Shown here: one piece after another, positions 1 through 12,810 of the stretch | Layout of the letters: each line of letters starts with the position of its first letter | Position numbering within the stretch: position 1 is the first letter of the stretch | Assembly (NCBI RefSeq): GCF_964355755.1 | Contig: NC_092672.1 | Coordinates: 26,790,437-26,854,436, forward strand | Reading direction: 5' to 3' | Source of the DNA: Antedon mediterranea | Taxonomy: Eukaryota > Animalia > Echinodermata | Length of the DNA stretch: 64,000 nt | Made by a program: the position numbers and the translations under genes | Notes under the pieces: generated by a model | Seen by the model: the letters and a program-made list of their open reading frames with translations, nothing else | What the model was told of the DNA's origin: nothing | The model's database searches: none

Positions 1-168
1 GTTGTCTGTTTTAATGTATTAATGTCAATTATTGAATTATAATTCAATTTTTATAATATTCTATTTCCATTGATTTGAGGGCATCCAGTAATTTAAGATT
101 TTAAATAAAATATAAAGAAATACAATAACAAAATGCGTCAGTGATAGATAACAAAAGTTGTTATATTT

Positions 169-177
169 AAAGGATAT
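169..177 (-). other. U12-type (minor spliceosome) AT-AC 5' splice site
   Basis: The minus strand reads GAT AA|ATATCCTTT, an exact RTATCCTTT consensus, at the point where PLC homology ends just before the conserved Trp. Confidence 0.85.
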
Positions 178-424
178 TTATCTCTAAGTCTGTTACTTTT
201 GACCAGCATGTCTTCCATCTGTAAGCCAGCAAGCAAAAAACGCACTCCTTGAATCCAAATACACGCCTCCTGAATTGTATTGGCTACTAAATCAACTGTT
301 TCTAATCCGTTGCCATAAATGATCGAAAAACAGCACGCCGAGTTAACATTCTCATTCACAAGGCTACGCTTGAACGAATCCGTGTTCTGTCCTTCGCGCA
401 CCTCTTTGATGGAATCCACAGCGA
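178..424 (-). CDS. PLCH: PLC-eta-like PH domain, exon (IAVDSIKEVREGQNT...CCFSIIYG...DLVA...WIQGVRFLLAGLQMEDMLVKSNRLRDK)
   Basis: Acceptor tttttag at 426-425, and A+TC gives Ile in frame with the previous exon. The C-terminal part resembles PLC-eta WITGLKYLMAGISDEDSLAKRQRTHDQW. The exon ends in phase 2 at ATATCCTTT. Confidence 0.92.
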
Positions 425-1167
425 CTAAAAATAGTATAAAAAAGTAAATGCAATTAGTGATATTTCATTTCAAAAAGGATGCAATAGCGACATTACTCTA
501 TAGTGTTTTTTGTGAGAGGTATTATGATCGTTAGAAAATCAAACTAATGACTCCCAACTGTTCATGCTTCTAAGTATAGAGATATCTCAAAGCTAAAATT
601 GGTTTAGCTTAACCACAAACACAACAAATCCAAAGGAATGCATGCTATCCTCACTGAGGACAAATAATAATACAAAATACAAAATAAATACAAATACAAA
701 TATAAATGTATTTTCAAATACAGTAGAACGTTTTAACACATAGTTATGGGACACTTTGTTTCGTCCAAAAAGTGTTCCCTTAATAGGGGTTAGTCATTAA
801 TGATAATATTCTGTTTGAACATGCTGACTAATAACTATATTACCAATCAGTTTAAATGCCTCAGGCATTTAATATCAACATAATATATTTCCTCTATACT
901 TATACTAATAGCTTTAACTTCACTATCTTATTAAAATATTCGGCTAAATTTCTGTTTCATAATAAACTATAAAAACGTATATGAAATGTATGCTACTGTA
1001 CACATACCTTCTTGTAGTGTAGTACCATTAAAAATACAGTAACGCCATTATTATTATTATTAAGTGAGTGTCCTGAATGGTGTTGTAGTAGTGTGTTAAA
1101 CTCAGTACCCGTTGTTTGCGTGTACCCTTAATAGGATGGTTCTACCATAATGTCAAATGGAAAACGG

Positions 1168-1381
1168 ATGTCGTATTCGATTGGAAACTTTCGTTGTCAA
1201 CGTAAAGATTCGTTGAGTACTTTTTGTATTCCAATTGTAAATTTGTGCTCAACAGAAAGTCATTCGAATAGAAAACGTTGACAATGAAAGCTTTTTCGTT
1301 AAGAACAATTGCAACGTTTAAAATACTCGTTAAAGAAGTACTCAACAGAAAAACTATTCAACGGTACACTCGAATACGACA
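1168..1381. repeat. Small imperfect inverted-repeat element (MITE-like) abutting the exon donor
   Basis: tgtcgtattcga (~1169) pairs with tcgaatacgaca (~1370), and gttgagtactt pairs with aagtactcaac. Confidence 0.5.
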
Positions 1382-1391
1382 ATTGACTTAC

Positions 1392-1538
1392 TTTTGGCTT
1401 TTGTGCCTTTGCGGGTAGGCTTCCATCGTATGCAACTGTTTTGTTCGTCTAAATAGTATGTTCGGTTTGATTTTGTTCCTTGTGCTTTGATCTTGGTAAG
1501 TGTTGTTCCTTCCTTCATACAGTAAATACACACTGACA
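1392..1538 (-). CDS. PLCH: PLC-eta-like PH domain, exon (VSVCIYCMKEGTTLTKIK...YYLDEQNSCIRWKPTRKGTKAK)
   Basis: Acceptor catacag and donor AAAA|gtaagt, 147 nt, phase 1/1. The translation matches the PLC PH-domain start from recall (PLCH: M..GT.MIK......R.FYLDEH...LRW.PSRK.EKAK). Confidence 0.9.
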
Positions 1539-1774
1539 CTGTATGACAACAAAATTAAATGTTATTTAAGTGTTTAAATGAAGATGTACCCGAATACCTT
1601 AAATCATAGTTTAAATTTTCTAATGAAAATCATGATCATTTTACAAGAAATAGTTGATAATCACTTTCCCTGGAAAAATGTAGAACAGAGTACTAAAAAC
1701 ATTCATTTAAATGGAAAGGTGTTGATCTTTTTAACACATTAAGTGAAGAAACTAAATTGTCAAGTAATTTAAAT

Positions 1775-1948
1775 GTTTTCAAAAGTAACTTTAAGGCATT
1801 ACTGTAGTTTAAGTTTTATTGTGTTACTGTTATTTTTATATTTTAGTTTAAAATGTACTATTGTACCCAGGGCCCCAAGGGAGAACAGTCTTTTTGACTG
1901 ATTGGGCCACCCTGGTTAAATATTGTTAATAAATAAATAAATAAATAC
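1775..1948 (+). mobile_element. LINE (L2/CR1-group) 3' end fragment
   Basis: A decayed ORF2 end (LNVFKSNFK) is followed by a T-rich UTR, a cagggcccc...cagtc tttt gactg...ccctgg hairpin and an (AATA)n tail. A related minus-strand piece lies at ~9385-9465. Confidence 0.55.
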
Positions 1949-4281
1949 ATGATTTTCAAGTAAACAAGTGAGGCAAGTATTTTGACTCAATATTTAATTT
2001 TATATTTAATAACATTTTGACTTCTTTTGCCACTCCTTGGTACACAAATGTGTTGCTGTTTGTTTGTACATTAATAAAGTAAATATTTTGACAACTAGTT
2101 CATCATTTCACAAAACAAATTTTTTTTTAAATACATTTTTTTTATAACAGTTTCTATAGGTTAGGTAACCAAACAAAATGTTAGCTTACAAATAAAACAA
2201 AAGGTTTACAATATGTTTTTAAAACTATGGTAATATAAGAAACAAAAAAATTGAGGTGTCTGTGGCAGTGGTACCTGCTTCTGATCCTCTTTGAATCTGC
2301 CTACACAAAAATCATATTTTTAAACAAATTTAAACTGAAAAACAATATATTTCATTTTTAAGCACAAAATATATGGCTGAGTAGTTTACATTGTGAAAGT
2401 GAATTAAAGTCTGTGAACCATGCATCCTATTTTTACAGGTGTTGCACATACGCGGTAAGAAAATAATTATTTTTATATATTACATTATTTTCAAGAATCA
2501 TCATTTCAACTTAATTCATATCAGATTCAACCTTATTAAGCCCTTATTTGGTAAACACAATTATAAAACCAGTAGTGAAAAAGCAAAGGCTTGATTGCTT
2601 TAGCGTTTGTTTCCTCATCTTCGTTTCATATTCAAAGATTATCATTGCTGATTATCTTCTTTATGTTAAAGCTGCTGATAAAATAATCTGTTAAAGCATC
2701 AATAGATGAAAGATTTAATCAAACTCCTATGGTACAAAATTAAATTATGACCATCTTGAAAAAAACTAAGAACTACTAAACCATGGATCATTGTACCGTT
2801 GTCAAAGGGATCCTTTTTGACACAAGGATCAAAATAAAAACAAAATCTTGTATGCCTTATCATTTGTGCTTTTTTTTGTAAATTTTAATTTTTTTTTTAT
2901 TAATTCACTACTGATTTAAGGATCATTTTCTTTATGTTAATTTAATAAAGCTGCTATGACACGCCACAACAACCAATGATGATTGTCTTAAAAAACAAAA
3001 TCAATTAAACCCGTATCAAAGAGATATTTTTTGACCCAACAAATTTAAGTAAGATCAAAATATCTAATTGATTCTTTTATCTTTTGCTGCTTATTTTCAA
3101 ATTAAAATGTTCACTTGAAACCACTTTTTATTTTTTTGTAATTATCTAATTGATCTAACCCAAAATATTTTATATATGTATGGTTAATACTCATTTATAA
3201 TTTATAAATGTATTTTAACACATCTAAATTTGAGTCAAAGTATATTGTGTGAGGACACAAATCCTATCAGTGTAGGAGGATAAAAGGGACTGGTAAAATG
3301 TAAAAGTAAACATTATTTTACTAAGCCAAAAACTGGCGTGGTATCTGTTGACAGCGCAAGGTGAAGACTATAATATGCTCACATGATTTTCTTTTTTTTA
3401 TGTTATGAATTCCATCTTATTTAAAACACAGATCTGGTTGCTATGTTTAAACACAGCAACATGTTTTTTTTTTATTTTGTCGTTATTTTATTTAAAACCT
3501 TGTTAAAGTTGTTTCTGAAATAAACTTTTTGCACCAATAATTTTCATGCAGATAACATTAAAAGAAACAGTCAATTAGAAAGCAGACAATGTATAAACCA
3601 CTAAAAACCTATGTATGTTTTAGTGGCTTGTATGAGGTCTTCAACAAAACGTGTTGACATGTATGTATGTAAATGAAATTTGGAGCTTAGATGTTACCAT
3701 TATTCAACTTTCAATGAATATCAATAAGATTAAGAAAAATAAATTGTGAATTCATTGAAAAGATTTTTTTCTTCAATTAAATGAAATTGGTGAAATATTT
3801 GATTTTCAATTCTGAATTTAAAATCAAATATTTTATAAATATACTGGATTTGTCTGTTTCAAAATAAGATGTGTTGAAAAGGTCACACAAAGGTCAGATA
3901 TACTTGGCTTAACTACAAATGAAATATTGATGCAATTTAGGATTGTTGTACATTTGTCAACCTTATGAAACTTGAAATTTATTTAGAGTTTAATGAATTT
4001 TTTTAAATCCAATACATGAGGATGATTGTTTTATTCAATTTGTATTTATAACCTTGTCTGTTGTATACTAATATTTTAGGGTTCACATGAATGCATTTTA
4101 ATATAAAAAATATAAGTTTTTTTAAACTATTCTAATTAAAGCAAATGCTTCACAGTTTTAAAGTTATTTTCGAAGGAAAATAAATGTATATTATTATTAT
4201 ATACAATAATGCAATACATAAAAAAACAATTCATATTAAATGCATAATTGTCATTAATGCAATTATATGCGTCTGGCTTAA

Positions 4282-4898
4282 AGACACCTTCCCTACGTTT
4301 TTTAGATCTATTTTAAGATCACAAACTATATTTAATCTAAAAATAATACTATATGGTCCTATTGCGATAACTTTTTTCGTCTTTAAATGGTTAAAAATGT
4401 GAAAAACAGGTCGATGCTAATAATTATAGCGGCCCGCTATAAATCCCAAAATGCATTGCGCGCGGATTGATATTTCTGTTTTTCTTCTGTAATTCACCCA
4501 CTTTTCGATCGATCGTGAGGCCAAAACAAATGGAAGACTCCTAACATTTCAGCGAAAATACCGGGTTTTCCCCAATTTGTATCAAAAATAGAAAGGCAAT
4601 TAATGCAGCAACTATACAACGTCAGGCTAGGTATATAGCTAGTGTACGATGTTTGTACGTTACCGATGTTTACTAGCTAGGCCTACACAACTAAGCCTAG
4701 CTAGGCTAGGCCTAAAGACCGTCCACGAGAGGTCAGTCGCCGCGAGCTACTTGGTAGTGCATTGTTTCTCACTTTTTATCATAATTTACCATAAAACGTA
4801 CATTTAAGACAAGGAATGACCTTATTTAATGTTTTTAAAGTAATATACTGTATATGTATTATTTTTACAAAACGTCACAAATTGTAGGGAAGGTGTCT
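4282..4898. mobile_element. Non-autonomous Kolobok-like DNA transposon
   Basis: Perfect 15-bp TIR AGACACCTTCCCTAC / GTAGGGAAGGTGTCT, with TTAA on both sides (4278-4281, 4899-4902). The AG...CT termini fit Kolobok rather than piggyBac. Confidence 0.8.
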
Positions 4899-5100
4899 TT
4901 AAACACCTTCACTTCTGCTGCTTCTCGCTTATGGAATGACCTACCCGCCTCTATTAGATCATGTTCGTCTACTATCGCCTTTAAATTTCCCTTGAAAACT
5001 CATCTTTTTCTTTCAGATTGAGCTCTCTCATACACTGTACCTTTGATCACTTACTGCTGGAATTGGCGCGTTATAAATTACTACTATTACGTACTATTAT
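4899..5100 (+). mobile_element. CR1/L2-group LINE ORF2 C-terminus and 3' tail, interrupted by the Kolobok-like element
   Basis: Translates LNTFTSAASRLWNDLPASIRSCSSTIAFKFPLKTHLF, matching the LWN.LP..IR...S...FK..LKT.LF motif. A (TAC/TAT)n tail follows. Confidence 0.8.
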
Positions 5101-5160
5101 AGACATTCAACCTCATTTCAAATTAAATCTCAAAATAAACTGGGAAGGCAGCTGGATGAT

Positions 5161-5508
5161 GTGAGTGGCCGAGCGGTTAAGACAGTGGAACCATAATTAC
5201 ATAGCCATAACATCGGCAAGGGTACGAAACTCACTCGCTCCATGGTTCTGGTGGTAGAACGAGTCTTCTCGGATAAGGACTATAAACCGTAGGTCCAGTG
5301 TACACATAGCTCATGCGCACTTTAAAGAACCTAGTACATCTTTCGAGACGAGTAGGGGGTTACCCCGGTGTACTAGTCCACACAAACACAGCCACTGTCA
5401 CACACAGCCACTGTGCAAATTGGGACTGGACCGTTTTAGAGGTGTGTACCACCTGTTGGTCCAGATTCTTCACTAACTGAGTTAGTGAGAAGTCGAAATA
5501 AATAAAAT
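5161..5508 (+). mobile_element. tRNA-derived SINE with Deu/Nin-like core, copy 1 (alternative tail)
   Basis: A box TGGCCGAGCGG. Core CGGATAAGGACTATAAACCGTAGGTCC...GAGTAGGGGGTTACCCCGGTGT. Highly similar to the copies at 36479 and 54858. Confidence 0.8.
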
Positions 5509-7639
5509 GTCTATAAATCTGTGCTCTATGTTAATAAATCGTCGTTGTATAGCCACTAAAACTGTGTAAGGAAGTGCAGTGCGCACAATGGTTTGACTTG
5601 TTCCTAAGTTATCGGTAGTTTACAGAAGCCTTTAGATAAAAGTAAACAATACATTGTGCACCTGAAAAAATAATTGTTTTTTGAATATGCCATTTTAATG
5701 TTTCACTTTGACCAAAAATTTGATCACCAAAAAAATGATTTACCTGAAAAAACTGAAATGTAAAGCGAAAAATAGTCAAATTGTCTGACAGACAATATTT
5801 AACTGTTTCTTTTGTCTTTTTATAAGTGAACTCATTATTTGTTTTTTATTTTGTACTTTTTTTCCCTATGTAAGTGAATAACTTCATTAAAACTGCAACA
5901 TGTCCTATTTAAAGTCTGAATTTAAAAATCTTTATTTTTAATGATTTTGGGAGACAATACATTTTTAAGGACCATGACATTTTCCGACAAAAAATCTGGC
6001 ATAAAATGTTTTCAATTCATTGCATTGAAAGCCTACAGGCCACAAAGGTTTGAGAATGTAACTGATTCCTTTTTGTATAATTTAAACATTTCAACTTTAA
6101 GGCTGCTTGACAACATGTTGAAATACATTTCTTGGAACAAGACTAAAGTTGTTTGTTTGAAAAGTATATGGCATGATTGAGTATTAAGCTCAACACTATT
6201 GACGTTAATTACACTAGATAAATTTATAATCAATTGCAATCCATAAATATGGTAAGTATGTACTTAATGTAATCTTAATGTTTTTTTGCAGCATTTATCT
6301 GATTTTTGTATTATACAGTAGAACTCATTGGGACACTTCCCATGAAACAAATAAGAGGAAATATATGTTTTTATTTACAACTAATCCAAACTGTGACTCC
6401 AGATAACCATGCTTCCATGTTCATGTTTTTGTATAATATAATAATACTAAAAAATGGTTAAAAACAGGACTTTCCGACATACAGAAAGGGGTATAAAAAA
6501 AAAACAGTTGAAAAGAAAACACTAATATAAACATCTTTTTGAATTGTACTAAATTATTGCATTACTTCCATATTTTGAGAAGTTTAGACAAAATTCTAAA
6601 TCTCTTAGGAATTTATTTAACAACACTTAATTGAGATATTTCCTCTTAAGTGGTATTCACCTAGATAAGAGGATTATTCAATATAAGGGTAAGTGTTTCC
6701 TGAGATCACTTATCCAATTAAACAAATTGTTTAATAAAGCATGGTAAGTTAAGAACCAAATGGTGGTCTGTGGGTCCGATATTTTGGTGTGAAGGTTGGA
6801 AATATCAAATATTGTTAAATATCATTTATGATGTTGTATAATTTCAAATGGTATTGACAAAAACATAGGGAAGACACTGTTTACAATCACAGAAATGTTC
6901 ATGTAAGGTTGGATAAATAAATATTGTCTATACTGTATTTTCACATGGTATCAAATATATCACATACAAATATTAAAAAAAAAAACAGAAGGATGAAAAT
7001 GTTTAAAATTTTTTGGTAATTTTTTACCAATAATAAATATCATCTCAGATTGTATTGCATATGGTATTAAATAAATCCTGAAATTAAAAAAAAAAAGATG
7101 ATAAATAAAATAGATTACCTTATAGATATTGGCCCCTTTTTTTAAAATGTGCAAAATTGGATAGAAAACACAATTATTTACCTTAAAAAACTGTAAACCA
7201 AAAATAATTTTTAGTTAAATATAATTCCTTTTATTTTGTCTTAAATGAGAAATCATTTTTTTTCTATGGTAGTGAATAACTGCAAATCACCTATTCAAAG
7301 TCTGAATTGATTAATCTCCATGTTTTGGGGGGACAATACATCTTTAAACACTGAATTAAATATAAAGTGGATTGATCTAAATACAATAAACATTCAATGA
7401 GTAGTACGCTCCATTATGCCGCTGGCATAAAATATATCTTAGAACAAATTCATTCAATCAATTGTTGTGGACATCTATCATCTATCAGAGTTGAAATGTT
7501 CAAATGATAAACACAAAGAAATAGTTGAATCATATAATCTATGGTACATCGCAAAGGCATTATCTTAAATCAAGTTATGAATTCAATGGTATGTATGTGA
7601 TATTTAGTATTGCTGTATTTGTTAAAGAATCTCATATCG

Positions 7640-7845
7640 CTCTCTGTGTGTCCAACTGGCAGGTTGGAATACATGTAGAAACAGTATTGCACGGTCTTCC
7701 AGATGAGATGTTAGGCCATTAGTTCTGTGGGCAAAATGGCTCATGTGCATGTTAAGTACACTCTTCAAAAAGAGTAGGATCATCTCCTGTGTATTGCCAA
7801 TTTCCCCACCAGAAGGAACCACCTTAGGGGGACGGTTATCCATGG
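7640..7845 (-). mobile_element. Degenerate RTE-type LINE ORF2 C-terminal fragment
   Basis: MDNRPPKVVPSGGEIG resembles the RTE motif RM...R.PK.IL.GEL..G. Heavily decayed. Confidence 0.35.
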
Positions 7846-8193
7846 GGTGGACACCAACAATTTTCTATTTATTTTTCTAGAAGTGGAGTAAAATTTGAAA
7901 CACTTGATTCACCCAATGGCTTATTGTGATTCATAGCCAATTCCTTCTATCGCAGGAGAACATTCCTGTTTGAAATCTATAAATACTAGTAACAACACAT
8001 TCCATGGTTTTAAATTGAGTTGACTTGAATGCTGCCATTGACTGGAAGTTTTAAAACACTGTACAAATTAAATTAAAACCATTGAACAAGAAATCAGTAA
8101 CCATATCACAATTCCAACTTGTTTATAAACTAGAATGCCAAAAAAGAACAAAAGAAACATCAATATTAAAATCAAAGTTAAAAAGTGCTTTAC

Positions 8194-8398
8194 CATCAAA
8201 TTCTTGGGAAGACCAGTTCTTTGCCGTTTCTGATGGTATCACTGCCATTCTGTCTTTTCTTCTAGCTGACCTTTTGGCAAGATTTGGAATCTCAATTTGT
8301 GATGTCGAAGCTGACCTACCATTAAATCGTTTCCTGGAAGTGCCATTACCCTCCTCCACTTCATCAAAGGGCTGGTAGGTTAGGGAAGATGTACTCAT
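8194..8398 (-). CDS. Phospholipase C (PLC-eta-like), probable first coding exon (MSTSSLTYQPFDEVEEG...NWSSQEFD)
   Basis: Acceptor ttttaatag precedes 8399 and the ATG is at 8398-8396. The donor GATG|gtaaag follows 8194 (phase 1). G+TG gives Val and joins in frame to exon 1392-1538. Confidence 0.7.
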
Positions 8399-11300
8399 TC
8401 TATTAAAACAAAAAAATAACAAATATCAAAATCTGAATTTATCTTATCTTATGAGGTGGTGAAAAGTGAAAACCTGAGGCTGTGTATCATTTCATTTCCT
8501 GGACTTTGTCATCTAAGGTTTAGACACTTACTTAAGGATACTGATATACTGTATATATCTATATATTTTTTTTTTAGTGTCACATAATAGTTATTCACTT
8601 TGAGCACAAATTATATTGGATAAAACATTACCTGAAAAACTGTAATTGAAAGCAAAATTGGTTTTAGTTATAAATTGAACCATTCGTTTTGTGTTTTTTT
8701 TTATGAAATTGATTAATATTATATATAAATGCAAAAAAATGGCTTATTCAAAATATGAATTTATTAATCTTCATTTTTTCCAAGTTTTAAGGGGACAAAT
8801 ACACCTTTGCTAAGCTAAGCGTGTTTGATAAATTTGACTCCACCAGTATCATAATTTAGAAGTAGTGAAACTGACAATCTCCTACTTATTTAGAATAGTG
8901 TAGAGATCGTTCATTTGCATTTGGACCAATAGCTAAACGTCCAATCCAGAGAATGAGAACAATGCATCTTTCTCTCATCTTTACTCATCTATGACCGGTT
9001 GATTTGAAATTCTTTAATTTGTTACTACCTATGTGCTGCCCTCTGTTGTAGCCTACTGTACACTTAAATACATTATGTCAAGTCTCAAGCATCTACGTTT
9101 TAACCTAACCTCAAGCACGTACCTAGCTTCAAAATGCTGTTTATCATGCTTAGAATCACCATCACCTATCCTAGGCCACAACAACATAAAATCAACTTTA
9201 TGGGGAGTATGTTAATGAATTAGGGACGTTTTAAACCATGGACGGTCATGAATGTTTTGACACAGTTGGCTGGGACTTAGGTATAAACATTTATTTGTTT
9301 AGGGTTGGGGAAATGAATTTTGGAGCGGGACATAATTGAAAAGTCTGCATGTTAACAACCTCTAACTTGACATGTATGGAAATTATTATTATTATTATTA
9401 TTATTACATTTATTTACCAAGGGTAGCCCAAACAGTTAAAAACTGGTTTCCATTGGGGCCCTGCATTTTACCTAATTTATTTTTTTAATTTTTTTTACGA
9501 TATACAAAATGTAAAAAAGCAATTAGCACACAGTTAATAAAAAATATTGAAAAAAAAAATCTATAAAAATACAACAATAAATTCGGATACAATTACAATT
9601 TGAGGACAACGTAGCTCCTCTCATTTTGAACACTATAAGGTCTTAATTGTACTTAATGCATTGTATCATACAAATTAGATTTAAAAACATTTACAGACGT
9701 CTCGGTTCTCAAGTCGATATGCAAATAAATACATAAAATTTTCTTTCATCCAACAGCTAGCAAGTAACTCACCAATTAGAGGATTTAAATTGTGAAGCTA
9801 AAGCCTTCCAATCCTAAAGGCCAGGGTTCAATACTGACCAAGTGCCTGGGTTACGTTGTAACTCTTTCTACTCCACTCCCTAATCCTTAAATAAGGCTTA
9901 GTTATAAGCATGGTTTTTAATTATCCATCCTATAATTGCCTAATGGATGAAAAAAAAGTCTTATTTGAGGCTTACTGTAGTGGAGAAAATAGTTCAGAAT
10001 GTGACGTTTTAGAGTCTTACAAAATAACTGAATGATAAAACTTTATACAGTAATTTTTTATTTTTTATATTACGGTATAATATTAGATTTAAAAATTTAA
10101 TAATTCACAAATTTTAAGCATTTTTCTGTTTTAATCTGTTTTAATATTTAATTTTAAAGAAATTAATTAATTCAGAAATACTGAAGATATCTGTAAGAAT
10201 GAGAAAGAACATATACTTAATGTTTTAAATTATGACATACAAACAATAGACATGCCATATATAGGAAATGAAGAACAAGTCAAGGGAACAAGTTATGATA
10301 TCATCAAGGGAACAAGTTATGATATCATCAAGGGAACGCAACAGGTTGTCACAAAACATGTAATTCCACTTTTAACAGGATAAATAGTCTGTGTTCTTTA
10401 GCAATGATAAAAACATGTTTTGGGGCCAACAAATGGTTTAAAACAGTAAATAGCAATGTTAAGGTGTAGGCAGTGAGAATAAAGAGAGGGTAATCTTGCC
10501 TTCAGGATGCAAATCATTGGTGATTTCCATTGTTTGCTTCAACAAAAATTGTTCTCTTAATAAGGAGGAAGGGTTTTACCGTATAACAGTATCTCATTTT
10601 ATAAAATCATGAACTCTATAAAGTTAATTAATAACCCTTTGTTCAACTCATTATGTTATATAATAAATATATTGTTATATACTTAATTATTATATTTTAT
10701 TTCAACATAAGGCTTAAAACTATAAATCTATATATTGTGTTTGCATTTTAAATTTTTTTATTATCAATAAAGATACAGTATGTGCCTGTGTTTTTTAAAT
10801 AAATATTATGATATTATTATCATTTCAAATTGAACATCTTTCTTTTTTTGCAAGCTGTCCCGCAATACTTCAAAAATTTATTGCAGTCTAAATTCGAGCC
10901 GCAGGTCATAACTTGCAGGGAGTCGTACTAAACATTGTTTTGCAACAGAATTCATATTAGATGATCTGTAAATTAATAATTTAATCAAATTGAAGGTTGG
11001 AATTGTGTCAAATCACCATGAAATGCTTTGTTACATCATGAAATCCTTTTATCATGAAACAGATATAGTTAATAAGCAATTCGACTTACTAATAACTTTG
11101 CAAGAACATAATTTGTTATTAGACAAGTATTAACAAAGACAGCTAAAATGTAACATTGGTGTGAACAACAGTATGGTTAATTACCTTGGTAGGCCTATCA
11201 TAGATATAATTCTGTATTAGCTGGACACAGAACACTGGGAGATGATCTCCTACTCTATTTCGAATTGTACCAAGTTTTAATGTGCAATCTTTGTACATTT

Positions 11301-12489
11301 ACGTCCCATCTATACAGTAGGACAAGGCAATAAGAATAGAGCATCTTGCCTAAACATACAATCAATATGGCACAGAATGGCTCGGACAGATGCAACTTAC
11401 ATGCCAGTTCAATCTCCTCATACAATGCCACATTATCCTATGAAAGTCAGTGCAGCACCAAATATACCTAGGCAGTTTCTCATCCAAGACCTGATAAAAA
11501 CTGTTTGTTTCAACGTGATATTGCCATGGTTAGCCTATGCATAAAAAGTATCATTCATTCATTGGCTTATAATCAAAACTTATTATCAAATACTGTAATC
11601 AAATTTCCAATTACATACATATGAGCAGCCAATTTACTCTAATTATATCAATCACCAATCAAACAACAAATCACTCATCTTTTGGGAATCTCCAATCCAT
11701 ATCATGTACAAAGCAAACACATTTGTTGCAGAGTGAATTGTACTATAGTATACATTTATAATTATCAGAGGCAGATCAAAGATTTTAAGGAAAGGAAACA
11801 AACAAGGAGATCGACGCCTTTATATTGGCCAAACATATAGAGATATCATACAATTAGGCCAATGTCTCATAAGGTTTTCCTTTAAAAGTGTTTAATATTA
11901 TAGGCCTAATATCCCTCTATTAAGCTAATCTAAGATCAATCTGTGAACAAATTTAAATAAAGGTAATTTTACTTAATCCTGGGTGTCAACATTTACCCAA
12001 AAAAGGTGCATAGGTAGGGCTGGAAAAAGGTCATTTTAGGGTTTAAAGGTTTTTTTGAGAGAGTTGTCTTTATTTTTATACTACTAATATTTTTATAGCC
12101 TAAACTAAATTTAGTTTATGTGAATGTTTGTTTTCAATATAAAATTACATATTTCAGAATTATTCATCCATGTTACCATTTGTAGCAATCACAAAAATTT
12201 TAATTAAATTAAGATAAACAAATAAACTTACCTAATAAGTTCCTTGTCATTATTAGGATTGTAGAAGTATCAATGTCCAATTGCCTTGTTCTAGCAGGTA
12301 GTATATCTGTTAAAATGAATGTGGTACAAATATTGAGTTCCAACACTATAGATCGCAAGAGAATTGCTTGAAAACTCAAGGGGCAAATTACAATATAATG
12401 TTTGACTTCAGTCAGTAGACTACTGGAAAAGTTCAATATGAAAACCATATTTACATGAAAATATTATTAACATAAATAATTACAATCAA

Positions 12490-12810
12490 ATTCAAACAAT
12501 ACATTGTGACCCAGTGGTCTAATGGCTAGGACATTTGCATATCAAGTAGAAGGTTCCGAGTTCGAATATCTTTTTCTCATTCTCACAGCTTTCCTCATCA
12601 TTTATCAGTTCAAATTAATTAATCAAAATTCAGTACATCACCAGGCGGTTTATAATTTGTTCTGTGTCTGTAATGTTTATATATATAATACAGTTAAAAC
12701 TTATTGCATTGATGAAGGATTAGTATTATTCCCAAAAGCTCTGCAATTTCTTTCTGGCTGTTTTTATTTTTGGATTAATATTCTATTTCCATGTACCCAA
12801 AGCATTGTCA
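12490..12810 (+). mobile_element. Decayed tRNA-containing repeat (same family as 56750-57290) followed by a degenerate hammerhead-like motif; Penelope-like association suspected
   Basis: GACCCAGTGGTCTAATGG...GCATATCAAG...CCGAGTTCGAA at 12508-12570, and the downstream ttctcattctcacag...tttcctcatc is shared with the 56.8-kb copies. ATTGCA-TTGATGA-stem-AAAAGCTC-TGCAAT lies at 12703-12747. Confidence 0.6.

Noticed and set aside
138-177. ORF-track C-terminus YPLNITTFVIYH of the 93-aa ORF
   Set aside because: It is read-through into the U12 intron; PLC homology stops at ...LRDK.
12209-12448. 79-aa ORF ending at a good donor (AG|gtaagt, 12232) as an upstream coding exon
   Set aside because: The ORF frame hits a stop immediately on joining 8399, and the PLC-compatible frame contains TGA. 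At most it is a UTR exon.
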